Source of the DNA: Syntrophales bacterium
GTDB lineage: Bacteria > Desulfobacterota > Syntrophia > Syntrophales > UBA2210
Direction: 5' to 3'
Length of the DNA: 64,000 nt
NCBI GenBank assembly: GCA_963666365.2
Contig: CAXXNF010000002.1
Coordinates: 160,001 to 224,000 of the forward strand
The translations under genes were made by a program, and so were the position numbers. Below, one piece after another: positions 9,091 to 19,451 of this stretch (positions within the stretch are counted from its first letter, which is position 1; the number at the start of each line of letters is the position of its first letter). Under the pieces are notes generated by a model. The model was not told the DNA's origin. It ran no database searches and saw only the letters and a list, made by a program, of their open reading frames with translations.

Positions 9091-9795
9091 ATGTATATGA
9101 TAGAGAGTATGGGATCCATTACTACTGAGTGTATCAGGCAGATTGAGCAGCTTGACTGCGCCATGCACAATATTGCCAATGTGGATACCACCGGATTCAA
9201 GGCTGCAATGATGTTTTTTATGAAAGACGGCGCGACACAGTCCGGAGAGGCAACGCCCCTCATTGTCAGCGATTTCTCACAGGGAATAATTCAGCGAACA
9301 GGAAATACTCTCGATATGGCGATTCAGGGGGAAGGTTTTTTCGTGGTGGAAACGGAAGACGGCTTCGGTTACACGAGGGATGGCAGGTTCCTTTTGAACA
9401 ATGACGGAGAACTGGTTACCCAGGGTGGACGTTTTGTGATGGGCAAGTCGGGTAAAATCGCCATTACCGGCAGCGACATGCAAATCAGTGAAAAAGGGGT
9501 CATCATGGTTGACGACGTTGAGGTCGATACGATCAGAGTAGCCACGTTCGAACGGCCGTCTAAGCTGGTGCGGGGTGAGGGAGGTCTCTTTACCGATCCC
9601 GATGAGACTGCCGGTCCTCAGGATGCCGAAGATGCGGCTGTTGTCTCAGGGAGCCTGGAGCTTTCAAATGTGCGTCCCATACAGGAGATGGTGAAGCTGA
9701 TCGATATTCACCGCACCTTCGAGTCTTATCAGAAAATGATGCAGACACTGCAGGAACAGGACAAACTCTCGACAACAAGCATCGGGAAAGTATAA
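9091..9795 (+). CDS. flgF: Flagellar basal-body rod protein FlgF
   Basis: NIANVDTTGFK, TGNTLDMAIQGEGFF, YTRDGRF, LELSNV; upstream of flgG. Confidence 0.88.
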   Translation: MYMIESMGSITTECIRQIEQLDCAMHNIANVDTTGFKAAMMFFMKDGATQSGEATPLIVSDFSQGIIQRTGNTLDMAIQGEGFFVVETEDGFGYTRDGRFLLNNDGELVTQGGRFVMGKSGKIAITGSDMQISEKGVIMVDDVEVDTIRVATFERPSKLVRGEGGLFTDPDETAGPQDAEDAAVVSGSLELSNVRPIQEMVKLIDIHRTFESYQKMMQTLQEQDKLSTTSIGKV

Positions 9796-9833
9796 AAATA
9801 ACAGTTTGTTAAGGTACGCCGAGGAGAATATTC

Positions 9834-10616
9834 ATGATACGTGCACTGTGGACAGCCGCCACCGGAATGGAGGCGCAGCAGATAAGTCAGGATGTGATTG
9901 CAAATAATCTGGCCAATATTAATACGGTGGGATTCAAAAAGGCCCGGGCCGATTTTCAGGATCTCATGTATCAGGTCTATTCGAAGGCGGGGGCGGAAAC
10001 GACTTCGGGAAGCCAGTTGCCGGTGGGAATTGAGATCGGCATGGGGGTCAAGCCCATCGCAGTGCAGAAGATGTTCACCCAAGGTGATTACCAGCAGACA
10101 GACAGCGACTTCGACTTGGCAATAGAGGGAGACGGCTTTTTCCAGATCGATCAGATTGGCCGAACGCTGTATACCCGCAATGGAAGCTTTAAGGTCAACA
10201 GCGAAGGGTATTTATGTAATTCCGAGGGGTTTCGTCTTATTCCCGAAGTGGCGGTTCCTCCCGAGACGGCTCATTTCAATGTAGACAGCGGGGGTACATG
10301 GACGGCTGTTGACGAAACCGGTTCTCAACTTGCCACCGGAAGAATAGAACTGGCAAAATTCCTCAATCCCGCTGGTTTGAGCAGCCTTGGGCGAGGGTTG
10401 TTTGATGTCACCGAGGGGTCCGGTGAAGCGATCACCGGATATGCCGGTGAAAGCGGCATGGGGACCGTTTCCCAGCATTTTCTTGAAATGGCCAATGTTA
10501 ATGTGGTGGATGAGATGGTGAAGATGATCGTGGGGCAGCGTGCCTACGAGACGAATTCAAAGGCGATTCAAACGGCCGATTCCATGCTCCAGATGATCAA
10601 CAATTTAAAGAGGTAG
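9834..10616 (+). CDS. flgG: Flagellar distal rod protein FlgG
   Basis: MIRALWTAATGM..NNLANINTVGFKK..FQDLMYQ; QRAYETNSKAI. Confidence 0.96.
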   Translation: MIRALWTAATGMEAQQISQDVIANNLANINTVGFKKARADFQDLMYQVYSKAGAETTSGSQLPVGIEIGMGVKPIAVQKMFTQGDYQQTDSDFDLAIEGDGFFQIDQIGRTLYTRNGSFKVNSEGYLCNSEGFRLIPEVAVPPETAHFNVDSGGTWTAVDETGSQLATGRIELAKFLNPAGLSSLGRGLFDVTEGSGEAITGYAGESGMGTVSQHFLEMANVNVVDEMVKMIVGQRAYETNSKAIQTADSMLQMINNLKR

Positions 10617-10623
10617 TGAGGCG

Positions 10624-11352
10624 ATGAAAGGGGTAAATCGATATTTTCGGACGATGTGTGCACTAGCGGCATGTCTCTCTGTGTTCATTTTAGCTTCAGC
10701 AGATGCCTCTGATGTAAAAATGCACAGTGCCGCCATTGAGAAAATAATCATCGACTATATCGAAGAGCACATGCCCTGGCCCCGAGGTTCCCTGCGCATT
10801 GAATTCATGTCGCGGATACCCGATATTGTGCTGGAGGGCGACGAAATTACCTGCCGGGTTGAGAGTGGCAGGAATGAGGACTATATCGGCTATGCCTCAT
10901 TTGGCGTCAGATTTTATAATGGCGGCTATTTTCTCAAGGAACAGCCTGTGCGGGTACGTATAGAGGTGTTGAGAAATTTTGTCGTGGCCGGCAGATATCT
11001 CAACAGCGGAACCACGCTCGGTCCCGGTGACATCACCATTGTATCCAAGTGGGTTGATCGGTCGCCTCGCGATGTGCACACCAATCCCGACGAAGTGCTG
11101 GGCAAGGTGCTGAGAACAAGTGTTCGAAAAAACTGCGATATTAAAGACAGCATGCTCCGAAATCCCATGCTGGTGAAAACCGGCGATCTGGTGCGGATCG
11201 TGCTTATGAAAGGTGCATTGCATATGGCAACGATCGGTATATCGGAACAGAACGGCGCCATAGGAGATATCGTCAAGGTAAAAAATGCTTCATCCAACAA
11301 AAGCGTCTATGCCCGTGTGGTGGACGAATCGGTAGTAAGGGTAGATTTTTGA
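10624..11352 (+). CDS. flgA: P-ring formation chaperone FlgA
   Basis: Signal peptide; SAF-like C-terminus LVKTGDLVRI...GAIGDIVKVKNASSNKSVYARV. Confidence 0.88.
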   Translation: MKGVNRYFRTMCALAACLSVFILASADASDVKMHSAAIEKIIIDYIEEHMPWPRGSLRIEFMSRIPDIVLEGDEITCRVESGRNEDYIGYASFGVRFYNGGYFLKEQPVRVRIEVLRNFVVAGRYLNSGTTLGPGDITIVSKWVDRSPRDVHTNPDEVLGKVLRTSVRKNCDIKDSMLRNPMLVKTGDLVRIVLMKGALHMATIGISEQNGAIGDIVKVKNASSNKSVYARVVDESVVRVDF

Positions 11353-12035
11353 TGAAGAAGCAAATAGTTTCGATAACGGCGGTTATGATCTTCGCCCTTT
11401 CGCTTTCGGGATGTGTCACCACCGGTGAACCGATGAAAGCGCACACCGAGCCGATGCGGGTGCATGTGCCGGCGCCGGCACCGCGGCCGACAGGCACCAT
11501 ATGGCCGGGGGAGCAGAGACAGAATCTCCTTTTTGTGGACAGTAAGGCAAAATTTGCCGGTGATATAATTACCGTGGTCATCAACGAAACTTCCAGTGGT
11601 GAGAACAGCGCCGATACGAAGACTTCGAAAAATACGAGTCATACGGCGGGGTTGTCCGGCATGACCCAGGCCTTTCCGGACAAACGGTTCCTTGCGAAGT
11701 ACGAACTGGGAGGATCGTCGACCAGCCTGTTGTCCGGAGCAGGAAACACCAGCAGAGACGGAAAGTTAAGTGCCGTCGTCACCGCCAGGGTTACGGAAGT
11801 GCTTGCGAACGGGAATCTTGTTATTGAAGGGAAGCGATTTTTGATGGTGAATGAAGAGGAACAGTATATCGTCATATCGGGTGTGGTCAGGCCCGACGAT
11901 GTATCCGACGATAATATCGTATCATCCCAGCATATAGCCGATGCCAGAATCGTGTATACGGGACAGGGCGTTATCAACGACAAGATGCGCCCCGGGTGGA
12001 TGACCCGTGTTCTCGATTGGGTATGGCCTTTTTAG
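11352..12035 (+). CDS. flgH: Flagellar L-ring protein FlgH
   Basis: Lipobox LSGC; GDIITV, NGNLVIEG, SGVVRPDD, IADARIVYTGQG, PGW. Confidence 0.95.
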   Translation: MKKQIVSITAVMIFALSLSGCVTTGEPMKAHTEPMRVHVPAPAPRPTGTIWPGEQRQNLLFVDSKAKFAGDIITVVINETSSGENSADTKTSKNTSHTAGLSGMTQAFPDKRFLAKYELGGSSTSLLSGAGNTSRDGKLSAVVTARVTEVLANGNLVIEGKRFLMVNEEEQYIVISGVVRPDDVSDDNIVSSQHIADARIVYTGQGVINDKMRPGWMTRVLDWVWPF

Positions 12036-12048
12036 AAGGAAGCACCAT

Positions 12049-13212
12049 ATGAAACAGCATCATCTGGCAAGAACTGCGGCTGCGCTAATGATAGTGTTTT
12101 TTCTTTCTTCTCATTCATGGGCGGCCCGGATCAAAGATATTGCCAGCATCGGCGGGGTAAGGAACAACCAGCTTATAGGGTACGGTCTGGTGGTGGGGCT
12201 TGACGGAAGCGGCGACAGCATTAAAAACGGCTTTACCGATCAGACCCTTTCCAATCTTTTAAGCAGGCAGGGGCTCTCCATGAGGGACAAAACACTGAAG
12301 TCGGATAATATTGCCTCGGTGATGGTCACTGCACTGTTACCGCCGTTTGTCAAGATCGGCGCTGCCATTGACGTGATGGTGTCGTCGATCGGTGATGCCG
12401 GCAGCCTTCTGGGGGGAACGTTGCTCATGACTCCCCTGAGAGGCGCCGATGGAAAGATCTACGCGGTGGCGCAGGGTCCGGTGACGGTGGGAGGATTTTC
12501 AGCGGGCGGCGCAAGCGGAAAGGTGAGCAAGAATCATACAACTGTCGGTTCGGTACCGAACGGTGGTCTGGTGGAGCGGGAACTCGCCTATGCTTTTGAT
12601 GAGTCAAGAAACTTTATGATCAACCTTCACCGTCCCGATTTTACCACATGCACCCGGCTTGCAGATACGCTCAATCAGAAAATGAGCGGCATCGAGGCGC
12701 GTATCGCCGATTCTGGAACCGTTGCGGTACGGACCAAGGATACCTTTGAAGGCAATATGGTTGCGCTCGTGTCTGCAATTGAACGTCTGGAAATTCCCGT
12801 CGATTCCGTGGCAAGGGTGGTGCTCAATGAAAAAACGGGTACTGTGGTGATCGGTGAAAGGGTCCGCATTTCAACAATCGCCATCGCCCATGGCAACCTG
12901 AGTATTCAGATCAAGGAACAGCAACAGGTATCACAACCGCTTCCCTTTGCTCCCGGCGGGCAGGCGGGCGCCGGACCCACTCAGGTCGGCGGCGCGACGA
13001 TTGCATCGGGCGGAAACACGGTGGTGACAAGTGACACCTCTGTCAATATCATGGAAGAGAAAAAGAAGCTGATGGTTGTTCCCGAAGGGGTTACCATTCA
13101 GGATGTCGTGAGTGCGCTGAATGCCATCGGTGTTTCACCGAGGGATTTGATCATCATACTTCAGGCAATTAAAGCAGCAGGAGCGCTTCAAGCTGATCTG
13201 GTCATCATGTAA
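12049..13212 (+). CDS. flgI: Flagellar P-ring protein FlgI
   Basis: ARIKDIA..GVRNNQLIGYGLVVGLDGSGD; LQAIKAAGALQA. Confidence 0.97.
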   Translation: MKQHHLARTAAALMIVFFLSSHSWAARIKDIASIGGVRNNQLIGYGLVVGLDGSGDSIKNGFTDQTLSNLLSRQGLSMRDKTLKSDNIASVMVTALLPPFVKIGAAIDVMVSSIGDAGSLLGGTLLMTPLRGADGKIYAVAQGPVTVGGFSAGGASGKVSKNHTTVGSVPNGGLVERELAYAFDESRNFMINLHRPDFTTCTRLADTLNQKMSGIEARIADSGTVAVRTKDTFEGNMVALVSAIERLEIPVDSVARVVLNEKTGTVVIGERVRISTIAIAHGNLSIQIKEQQQVSQPLPFAPGGQAGAGPTQVGGATIASGGNTVVTSDTSVNIMEEKKKLMVVPEGVTIQDVVSALNAIGVSPRDLIIILQAIKAAGALQADLVIM

Positions 13213-13228
13213 GGGGAGGAGAAATAAG

Positions 13229-13558
13229 ATGAATCCTGTGTCTCTGAACAGTCTGGAATTACAGAGAGGCGCCAGGGCCGCCACAAAAAAAGCCGATGGA
13301 AAGGGCGATGCCCATTTGAAAAAAATCTGCGCCGACTTTGAATCCATATTTATCTACCAGCTGTTGGAAACGATGAGAAAAACTATTCCGGAAGGGGGAT
13401 ATTTGTCGAATCAGGACTCATCCTGGAAAGATACCTGCATGGTGCTTTTCGACCAGAAGGTTGCGGAGGCCCTGGCTTCCAGGGGAACGGGCCTGGGACT
13501 GCAGAAAATTATTTATGATCAGGTAAGAAAAGACGAAAAAGTTGACGATGCGGGGTAA
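13229..13558 (+). CDS. flgJ: FlgJ, rod-binding domain only (no muramidase domain)
   Basis: LKKICADFESIFIYQLLETMRKTIP...GLGLQKIIYDQ; 109 aa; follows flgI. Confidence 0.85.
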   Translation: MNPVSLNSLELQRGARAATKKADGKGDAHLKKICADFESIFIYQLLETMRKTIPEGGYLSNQDSSWKDTCMVLFDQKVAEALASRGTGLGLQKIIYDQVRKDEKVDDAG

Positions 13559-13582
13559 AGTTTTATTGATAATTGCCGATAA
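13556..13582 (+). promoter_or_regulatory. Sigma28 promoter of the flgM operon
   Basis: TAAA-N15-GCCGATAA exact consensus, 33 bp before flgM. Confidence 0.9.
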
Positions 13583-13615
13583 GGTAGTAAACTACCGTTT
13601 AGGAGACCATGACCT

Positions 13616-13921
13616 ATGAAGGTATCGGAGACCAGGAACCAGGCCAGCGAATTGATTCAGCAGTACAAGATACACGAAAAAGCTGCCTCCGGTCACGAAA
13701 AGCGGGTATCCGGAAAAGCCGCTCACGAGGAGAGGGTAAGCCTTTCGGAAAAGGCGAGGGATATCAATCAGGCAAAGGCGGTCATTGCAGAGCTGCCCGA
13801 GGTGCGGGAAGAGAAGGTGATGGAACTGAAACACCGGATCGAAGAAGGAACGTACCGGGTGGACGGGGGAAAAGTGGCCGATAAAATGATTGAAGAATCC
13901 CTGCTGGATATTTTTGCATAG
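13616..13921 (+). CDS. flgM: Anti-sigma28 factor FlgM
   Basis: ERVSLSEKA, PEVREEKVMELKHRIEEGTYRVDGGKVADKMI. Confidence 0.92.
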   Translation: MKVSETRNQASELIQQYKIHEKAASGHEKRVSGKAAHEERVSLSEKARDINQAKAVIAELPEVREEKVMELKHRIEEGTYRVDGGKVADKMIEESLLDIFA

Positions 13922-14016
13922 CACTTCATTGTATCCTTTCTGCGGTTTTTTACTGTCTTGCGGCAAATGACGCGTGATACCCCTCCGGGGTTTCATGTCG
14001 AAGGGGTGAGTCTGCC

Positions 14017-14565
14017 GTGAATCTCATAGAAGAAACCTGTAATGGTCTGGAAATCAGTGACGAGTTGAAAGGGCTCTATGATGCTCTTGCGAGTGTTCTT
14101 CAGCAGGAAGTCGTGCTCTACCGTGAACTGACCGAGGCTTTTTCACGGGAGCGCGAGGTGCTCATGCACTTTTCCCCCGATGAGCTCTCCGAAAGCAATT
14201 CAAGGAAAGAAACCGCTATCCTGAAGGCAAAAATGCTCAGTGAGGCGAGGACGAAACTCGTGGGAAAAATTTCGAGGTCTATCGGTCTTGCCGAGCGTGA
14301 TTGCGATATGTCTACACTGATTTCCCATGCAGACGCACATCAGCGGCAGGCATTGCGGGAACTCCAGAAAACGCTGAGCAGTCTGTTCAAAGAAATGCAG
14401 GAAATGAATGAGCGGAATAAAATGCTCCTCGATTCATCGATTTTTTATGTGCAACAATCCATCGATTTCATTACCCACCTTATGACTCCCTCCTCGGTCT
14501 ACGGTATGAGCGGTGAATTGAGGGCCGGTGGACCTGTGGGCAGAATCCTCTGCCGGAAAGGGTGA
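14017..14565 (+). CDS. flgN: Flagellar export chaperone FlgN
   Basis: Helical 182-aa protein with 'MNERNKMLL..S' and C-terminal 'VYG..G'; between flgM and flgK. Confidence 0.8.
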   Translation: MNLIEETCNGLEISDELKGLYDALASVLQQEVVLYRELTEAFSREREVLMHFSPDELSESNSRKETAILKAKMLSEARTKLVGKISRSIGLAERDCDMSTLISHADAHQRQALRELQKTLSSLFKEMQEMNERNKMLLDSSIFYVQQSIDFITHLMTPSSVYGMSGELRAGGPVGRILCRKG

Positions 14566-14568
14566 GCG

Positions 14569-15987
14569 ATGTCAAGCATCAACGTAATGAACATTGCAAA
14601 AACCAGTCTCCTGACCCATCAGACGGCCATTGATCTCACCGGTGCGAATATCGCCAATGTCAATACGGCCGGGTACACCCAGCAAAGGGCAATGTTAAGC
14701 TCCCTGGCCAGTACCGGCATAGGCGTCACGCAGACCCAGACAGGAGTGCAGATAGACGCCATAGAACGTGTGTACGACCGCTTCCTTGCATCGCAGATTA
14801 CCGGATCAGTGAGTGATCTCGGGTATAGTGAAATGCTGTGGGAAGAGATGGAAAAGGTGGAGATGATATTTAACGAAAGTCTGGATGGAGGAGTCGCCGA
14901 TATGCTCAACCGGTTCTGGGGAAGTTGGGAAGATCTTTCTGCCAATCCTTCCGGCCAGGCAGAGCGGGTTGCGCTTCTGTCGGTATCTGAAAGTCTTGCC
15001 TCGCTTCTTCGCTCTTCCGGGCAGGAATTGGTTGATTTGCAGGGAGACATCAACCTGCAGCTTTCGGACATGGTGATCCAGGCTAATAGTGCGATTGACG
15101 CCATTGCCGATCTCAATATGAAAATAATGGAGGGCATGTCTCAGCAGGGGAATATAAACGATCTGCTAGATAAAAGAACGGAGGCGCTCAATAGACTGGC
15201 CGGCTTTATAAATTTTAATTTTCTTGAGGATGCAAGCGGCGCCGTGAATGTGTACCTTGCAGAGGGCACTCCGCTGGTAACTGATGGGTCGGTATGGCGC
15301 CTTGAAATGCGCGCCGATGGGGAAAACTCATTCTTGTCGAATGTTGCCGTGGAGGGGATGGGAGCGGACGAATGCAGCGGAACGATCACGGGCGGCAACA
15401 TTACAGCCCTGCTTGATATGCGGGATGAAATCATAGGGGGAGATGAGGGCTATCTCACCCGTCTTGATGCCTTTGTTGCCGCGTTTGTGAAAGAAGTGAA
15501 CGCCATCCACAATTCAGGATACGATACCTATAAGAATGCGGGAGAGGACTTTTTTCTTTGTGAAGTTCGGTCTCCGGGGCAGAGCGCCCCATCGCTTCTG
15601 AATATAAGGCTGAGCGATGCCATTGCTTCAGATGTGATGAGAATCGCAGCTTCGAAAACGGTCAACGGCGACGGCGCCAATGCGCTGGCAATGAGCGCCT
15701 TAAAAGATGCCGTTGTTGCAATTGGTGCAGAGGAAGGGAACCTGAACGACCACTATGCGGCGTTTGTGTCGCGTCTGGGTCAGGATGTGGCAGACAGCGA
15801 GCGCACCTATGCGCATCAGGGAAGCCTTATGAAGCAGATGGAAAACAAGCAGCAGGAGATGTCAGGGGTTTCCATAGACGAAGAAATGATGAACCTCATC
15901 AAGTTTCAAATGGGATATCAATCGGCGGCGCGACTCTGTACCGTGGCTGAAGAGATGATAGACACGCTTATGGGGCTGGCGAGATAG
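14569..15987 (+). CDS. flgK: Hook-associated protein FlgK
   Basis: NIANVNTAGYTQQR; LLDKR; SGVSIDEEMMNLIKFQMGYQSAAR. Confidence 0.95.
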   Translation: MSSINVMNIAKTSLLTHQTAIDLTGANIANVNTAGYTQQRAMLSSLASTGIGVTQTQTGVQIDAIERVYDRFLASQITGSVSDLGYSEMLWEEMEKVEMIFNESLDGGVADMLNRFWGSWEDLSANPSGQAERVALLSVSESLASLLRSSGQELVDLQGDINLQLSDMVIQANSAIDAIADLNMKIMEGMSQQGNINDLLDKRTEALNRLAGFINFNFLEDASGAVNVYLAEGTPLVTDGSVWRLEMRADGENSFLSNVAVEGMGADECSGTITGGNITALLDMRDEIIGGDEGYLTRLDAFVAAFVKEVNAIHNSGYDTYKNAGEDFFLCEVRSPGQSAPSLLNIRLSDAIASDVMRIAASKTVNGDGANALAMSALKDAVVAIGAEEGNLNDHYAAFVSRLGQDVADSERTYAHQGSLMKQMENKQQEMSGVSIDEEMMNLIKFQMGYQSAARLCTVAEEMIDTLMGLAR

Positions 15988-16027
15988 CCTGTAGGAAAAC
16001 CTTGTACGAAAGGAGGGAGGGCTGAAT

Positions 16028-17242
16028 ATGTCGATGCGGGTTACTGAAATGATGAAATTCAACACGATGACCGCCAGTTTATCGAATCTTCAGAATGAAT
16101 ATACGTCACTTATGGAAAAGATGGCCACACAAAAAGCCATCAATAAACCTTCCGACGATCCTCTGGGCATGAGCCTGATCATGAATTACCGCAGCAGTCA
16201 GGCAGCAGTGGAAAGCTATCAGAGTAACATCGAAAACGCGAATGCCTGGATTACGGTGACTGAATCGACGCTGAATTCCGTGCATGATCTTATCGTACAT
16301 GCACGGGAAATTGCGCTCTCTCAAGCTACCGGGACGGCGACGGCGGAAACGAGAAGTTACAATGCAGAGACGGTTACGCAGCTCATCGAAGAATTGCAGT
16401 CTCTGGCCAACACACAATACGGCGGTTCATATATTTTTTCAGGTACGAAGACAGACAGGCCGCCCTTTATTGCCGAAGGTTCATCGGTGAGCCGCCTTAG
16501 CGAGCCCTATCAGGCGGAAGGGAATAGTTACAACGGCACCCTGGAGGTGTCGGGCAGTTACATAGGCGACGCCAATAAAACCTATGTGGTGAAGGTGGTG
16601 GGAGAGGCATCAACTCCGGGCTATTATGAGTATGAGGTATCGGAGGACGGGGGTAACACATGGCTTTCAGGCGCCTTTGACGATCTGACCGTGGGAACGG
16701 CCGTCAACATAGGGAATGAAGGAGTGCAACTGACCATGACCGGAATCACCGACCCTCCTGAAGCCGACGACATTATCTATGTCGACGCCTTTGCCCCCGG
16801 CTGCTATGAAGGGAATGGCGAGAAACTGACCCTTGCGATAGGAAAGGGTGTTTCTTTTGAATATTCAACGTCCGGGGAAGAGGTGTTTACCGCAGCGGGG
16901 AGGGGGGAGGTTGATCTCTTTGAGACATTGTCGAGTCTGAAAGAAGCGCTGCAAAATAACGAACCTGCTGCAATCGGCGCCGAGTTGGATCGGCTTGAGG
17001 CAGCAACCATTCAGGTTAACAAAAATATTGCCAGATGTGGAACGCAGATGAACAGGCTGGAGATTGCCACTGAAAACCTTTCAAGTCTGGATCTTAAAAT
17101 TACGGAGCTACTCTCCGGTAAAGAGGACGTGGATATTACTGAACTGGTGACCGAGCTTTCCATGAAGGAACTCACGCTTCAGGCGTCCTATCAGATGGCG
17201 GCAAAGATAGGAAGCATCTCGCTGCTCAATTTTCTGAAGTGA
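16028..17242 (+). CDS. flgL: Hook-associated protein FlgL
   Basis: MRVT.., [11 protein letters not shown]...[25 protein letters not shown]. Confidence 0.93.
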   Translation: MSMRVTEMMKFNTMTASLSNLQNEYTSLMEKMATQKAINKPSDDPLGMSLIMNYRSSQAAVESYQSNIENANAWITVTESTLNSVHDLIVHAREIALSQATGTATAETRSYNAETVTQLIEELQSLANTQYGGSYIFSGTKTDRPPFIAEGSSVSRLSEPYQAEGNSYNGTLEVSGSYIGDANKTYVVKVVGEASTPGYYEYEVSEDGGNTWLSGAFDDLTVGTAVNIGNEGVQLTMTGITDPPEADDIIYVDAFAPGCYEGNGEKLTLAIGKGVSFEYSTSGEEVFTAAGRGEVDLFETLSSLKEALQNNEPAAIGAELDRLEAATIQVNKNIARCGTQMNRLEIATENLSSLDLKITELLSGKEDVDITELVTELSMKELTLQASYQMAAKIGSISLLNFLK

Positions 17243-17249
17243 GCATGCC

Positions 17250-17498
17250 ATGCTGGTACTGACGCGCAAAGGCGGCGAATCGATCAGGATTGGGACTTCC
17301 ATTAAGATATCGGTGCTTGATGTAAAGGGAAGCCAAGTGAAGATCGGAATAGAAGCACCGGAAGATGTGGCTGTCTATAGAGAGGAACTGTTTTCTGTTG
17401 TGGAGGCGGAAAATACCTCAGCCGCATCCTCGGGGATTGCGTCTGAGACAAACCTTAACGCCCTTTGGGATGTCTTGCACAAAGAGGAGGAAATGTAA
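17250..17498 (+). CDS. csrA: Carbon storage regulator CsrA
   Basis: [29 protein letters not shown] with C-terminal extension EAENTSAA. Confidence 0.95.
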   Translation: MLVLTRKGGESIRIGTSIKISVLDVKGSQVKIGIEAPEDVAVYREELFSVVEAENTSAASSGIASETNLNALWDVLHKEEEM

Positions 17499-17501
17499 TC
17501 C

Positions 17502-17948
17502 GTGATGGATTCTATGGCACGATATATAGATGGAAAGGAGGGGTCTGAGCCTCGGATAATCCGGATGAGAAGGGGAATTCTCGGGTTTGAAAGACTTGTG
17601 CAGTTCGTCTTTCTCCCGCAGGAAGAAACGGCCCCTTTCCGGCAAATTCGCGCCCCTGAGGATGGAACGACATTCGTGGTAATCGATCCTTTTATAGTCA
17701 AGCCGGACTATCAGCCATTTATTCCGGACAGGGATGTGCGCTTATTGGAAATTGACGATGCAGACGATGTCATCGTGTTGAACATTGTCACCATTCACCG
17801 GACCCCTCTCAACGCCACGATCAACCTCAGAGCGCCACTGGTCGTGAATGCAAAGCGGGGATTGGCCGCACAAGTTGTCCTTGAGGACGATGCATATCCC
17901 CTTCGTTTCCCGCTGGGGGGAAACACTCAAACTACAGTGAAGGCATGA
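17502..17948 (+). CDS. fliW: Flagellar assembly factor FliW
   Basis: GILGFE, FVVIDPF..PDY, TINLRAPLVVN..QVVLE..YPLRFPL; follows csrA. Confidence 0.92.
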   Translation: MMDSMARYIDGKEGSEPRIIRMRRGILGFERLVQFVFLPQEETAPFRQIRAPEDGTTFVVIDPFIVKPDYQPFIPDRDVRLLEIDDADDVIVLNIVTIHRTPLNATINLRAPLVVNAKRGLAAQVVLEDDAYPLRFPLGGNTQTTVKA

Positions 17949-17984
17949 ATGCGGCGGGAGATTCTGTGATGCAGAACAGGACGG

Positions 17985-18344
17985 TTAGATCCGATCGTTG
18001 AAGATGAGGCCCATCAGTTCCTCCATTTTGACATGGAGACGCTGGAGTTCCTCCGCAGGCATTTCTCGAATAACCTCTCCCGTTTCTTTGTCCTTGACGA
18101 CAACGGAAATGCGTTCATTATTGGCCCCATAGGTCGAAAAGGATATTTTGATATTCATGCTGTCCAGGTCTTCCTGGATCATTGAGGTTATTTCTTTTAC
18201 GGTCTCACTGGAGGAAACGCCATGCTCTTCTTTTTCCCTGTATTTTTCGACGGGGTGATTCCCCCCGCCTGAAAGGGAAGTTGGCGAGAAGGACTCTGCA
18301 ATCCCCGCTACCTCGAGAACCCTTTTGTCTGTGATGGATTCCAT
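17985..18344 (-). CDS. flaG: Flagellar protein FlaG
   Basis: ISVVVKDKETGEVIREMPAEEL...GLIFND; likely start ATG at 18344. Confidence 0.88.
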   Translation of the reverse strand: MESITDKRVLEVAGIAESFSPTSLSGGGNHPVEKYREKEEHGVSSSETVKEITSMIQEDLDSMNIKISFSTYGANNERISVVVKDKETGEVIREMPAEELQRLHVKMEELMGLIFNDRI

Positions 18345-18496
18345 GGCATGAACAGCCTTTCTCTGTGATATAGGTCCACGCTGCACTCTACAGGACCTTG
18401 TTGATGCCTGCCGCCGGTGCGTCGTTATGTCTGAGTGCGGCCGCGTTAATGCGAATAGTCCTCTCAGGAAGAGTACTTTCGCTCTCTACGATACTT

Positions 18497-18523
18497 ATAT
18501 CGGCCGTTATGACAAATACTTTA
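18497..18523 (-). promoter_or_regulatory. Sigma28 promoter upstream of flaG
   Basis: Minus strand reads TAAA-GTATTTGTCATAACG(15)-GCCGATAT. Confidence 0.85.
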
Positions 18524-18647
18524 ATTATTTTGATCGAAGGGGAAACAGTTCAATATGGTTTTTTGGTTCATTCCATGTCATGTATCCCGTGCACAACAAG
18601 CGCACGCTGCCTTTCAGGCTCAAGAGGGATCTCGCGTAAAAACGATT

Positions 18648-19310
18648 CTAACCCTGCGCCTGTACGGGAACAATGACAATGTTGACCCGTCTGTTCAAGG
18701 CAGCGCTGGAAGAGATAGGCATCGTTTCTCCAAAGCCCACGGCTTGAATTCTCGCTTGGTGCACTCCCCTTTGAACAAGTGCGTTTTTTACCGCTTCCGC
18801 CCTTCGCTCTGAAAGTTTCTGATTATACTCCTCGGAACCCGATGCGTCCGTGTGACCTTCGACTCGAATCGCCGTTTCAGGATACCGGTTAAGTACCCGT
18901 GCCACGCCGTCAAGCTGAGAGAGGGCGCCCGCTTTTATGGCCGCGGAATCGAAGTCAAACATTACGTCGCCCTTGAAGGTGGCCGTTAACACATCGCGTG
19001 TGCGCGCTATGGACATGGCATCCGACTGGGCCGCCACAGTCTGAAGTTGACGCTCCTGCTGATCCATGTAATTGCCGATTTGATGACCGGCGATGCCTCC
19101 TACCACTGCGCCGATGGCCGCACCCCAGAGCGTGCCGGCGGTATTGCGTCCGATTGCCTGGCCAAGACCTGCGCCCGCTGCCGCTCCTATGGCAACACCT
19201 CCTGCAGTTCCCTTTTGCGTTCTTGTTTCCATTGCGGTACATGCCGTGAGGCACAGCAGGGCCGTAAGAGAAACAGCAACGATTCCTTTTCGACGAGTCG
19301 TTGAGTTCAT
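18648..19310 (-). CDS. OmpA/MotB-family outer-membrane lipoprotein with glycine zipper (YiaD-like)
   Basis: Lipobox LTAC, Gly zipper, YMDQQE, GHTDASG..YNQKLSERRAEAV, NRRV. Confidence 0.92.
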   Translation of the reverse strand: MNSTTRRKGIVAVSLTALLCLTACTAMETRTQKGTAGGVAIGAAAGAGLGQAIGRNTAGTLWGAAIGAVVGGIAGHQIGNYMDQQERQLQTVAAQSDAMSIARTRDVLTATFKGDVMFDFDSAAIKAGALSQLDGVARVLNRYPETAIRVEGHTDASGSEEYNQKLSERRAEAVKNALVQRGVHQARIQAVGFGETMPISSSAALNRRVNIVIVPVQAQG

Positions 19311-19451
19311 TGTGGTATATTTCTCCTTCGGACGGTTCAATAGAGCATGTAACTCTTTGCAGGACCGTCACTGTGTGTTACTGCCGATTCTAACCATCCA
19401 TGTGACATAAGTCAACAGAAGAGGGAGGTATGCGGGGAGTTGCCCTTCCAG

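Noticed and set aside
13229..13558. flgJ as a truncated pseudogene
   Set aside because: Single-domain FlgJ without a muramidase is normal outside beta/gamma-proteobacteria
13609..13884. 91-aa Arg/Gly-rich ORF
   Set aside because: Alternative frame of flgM
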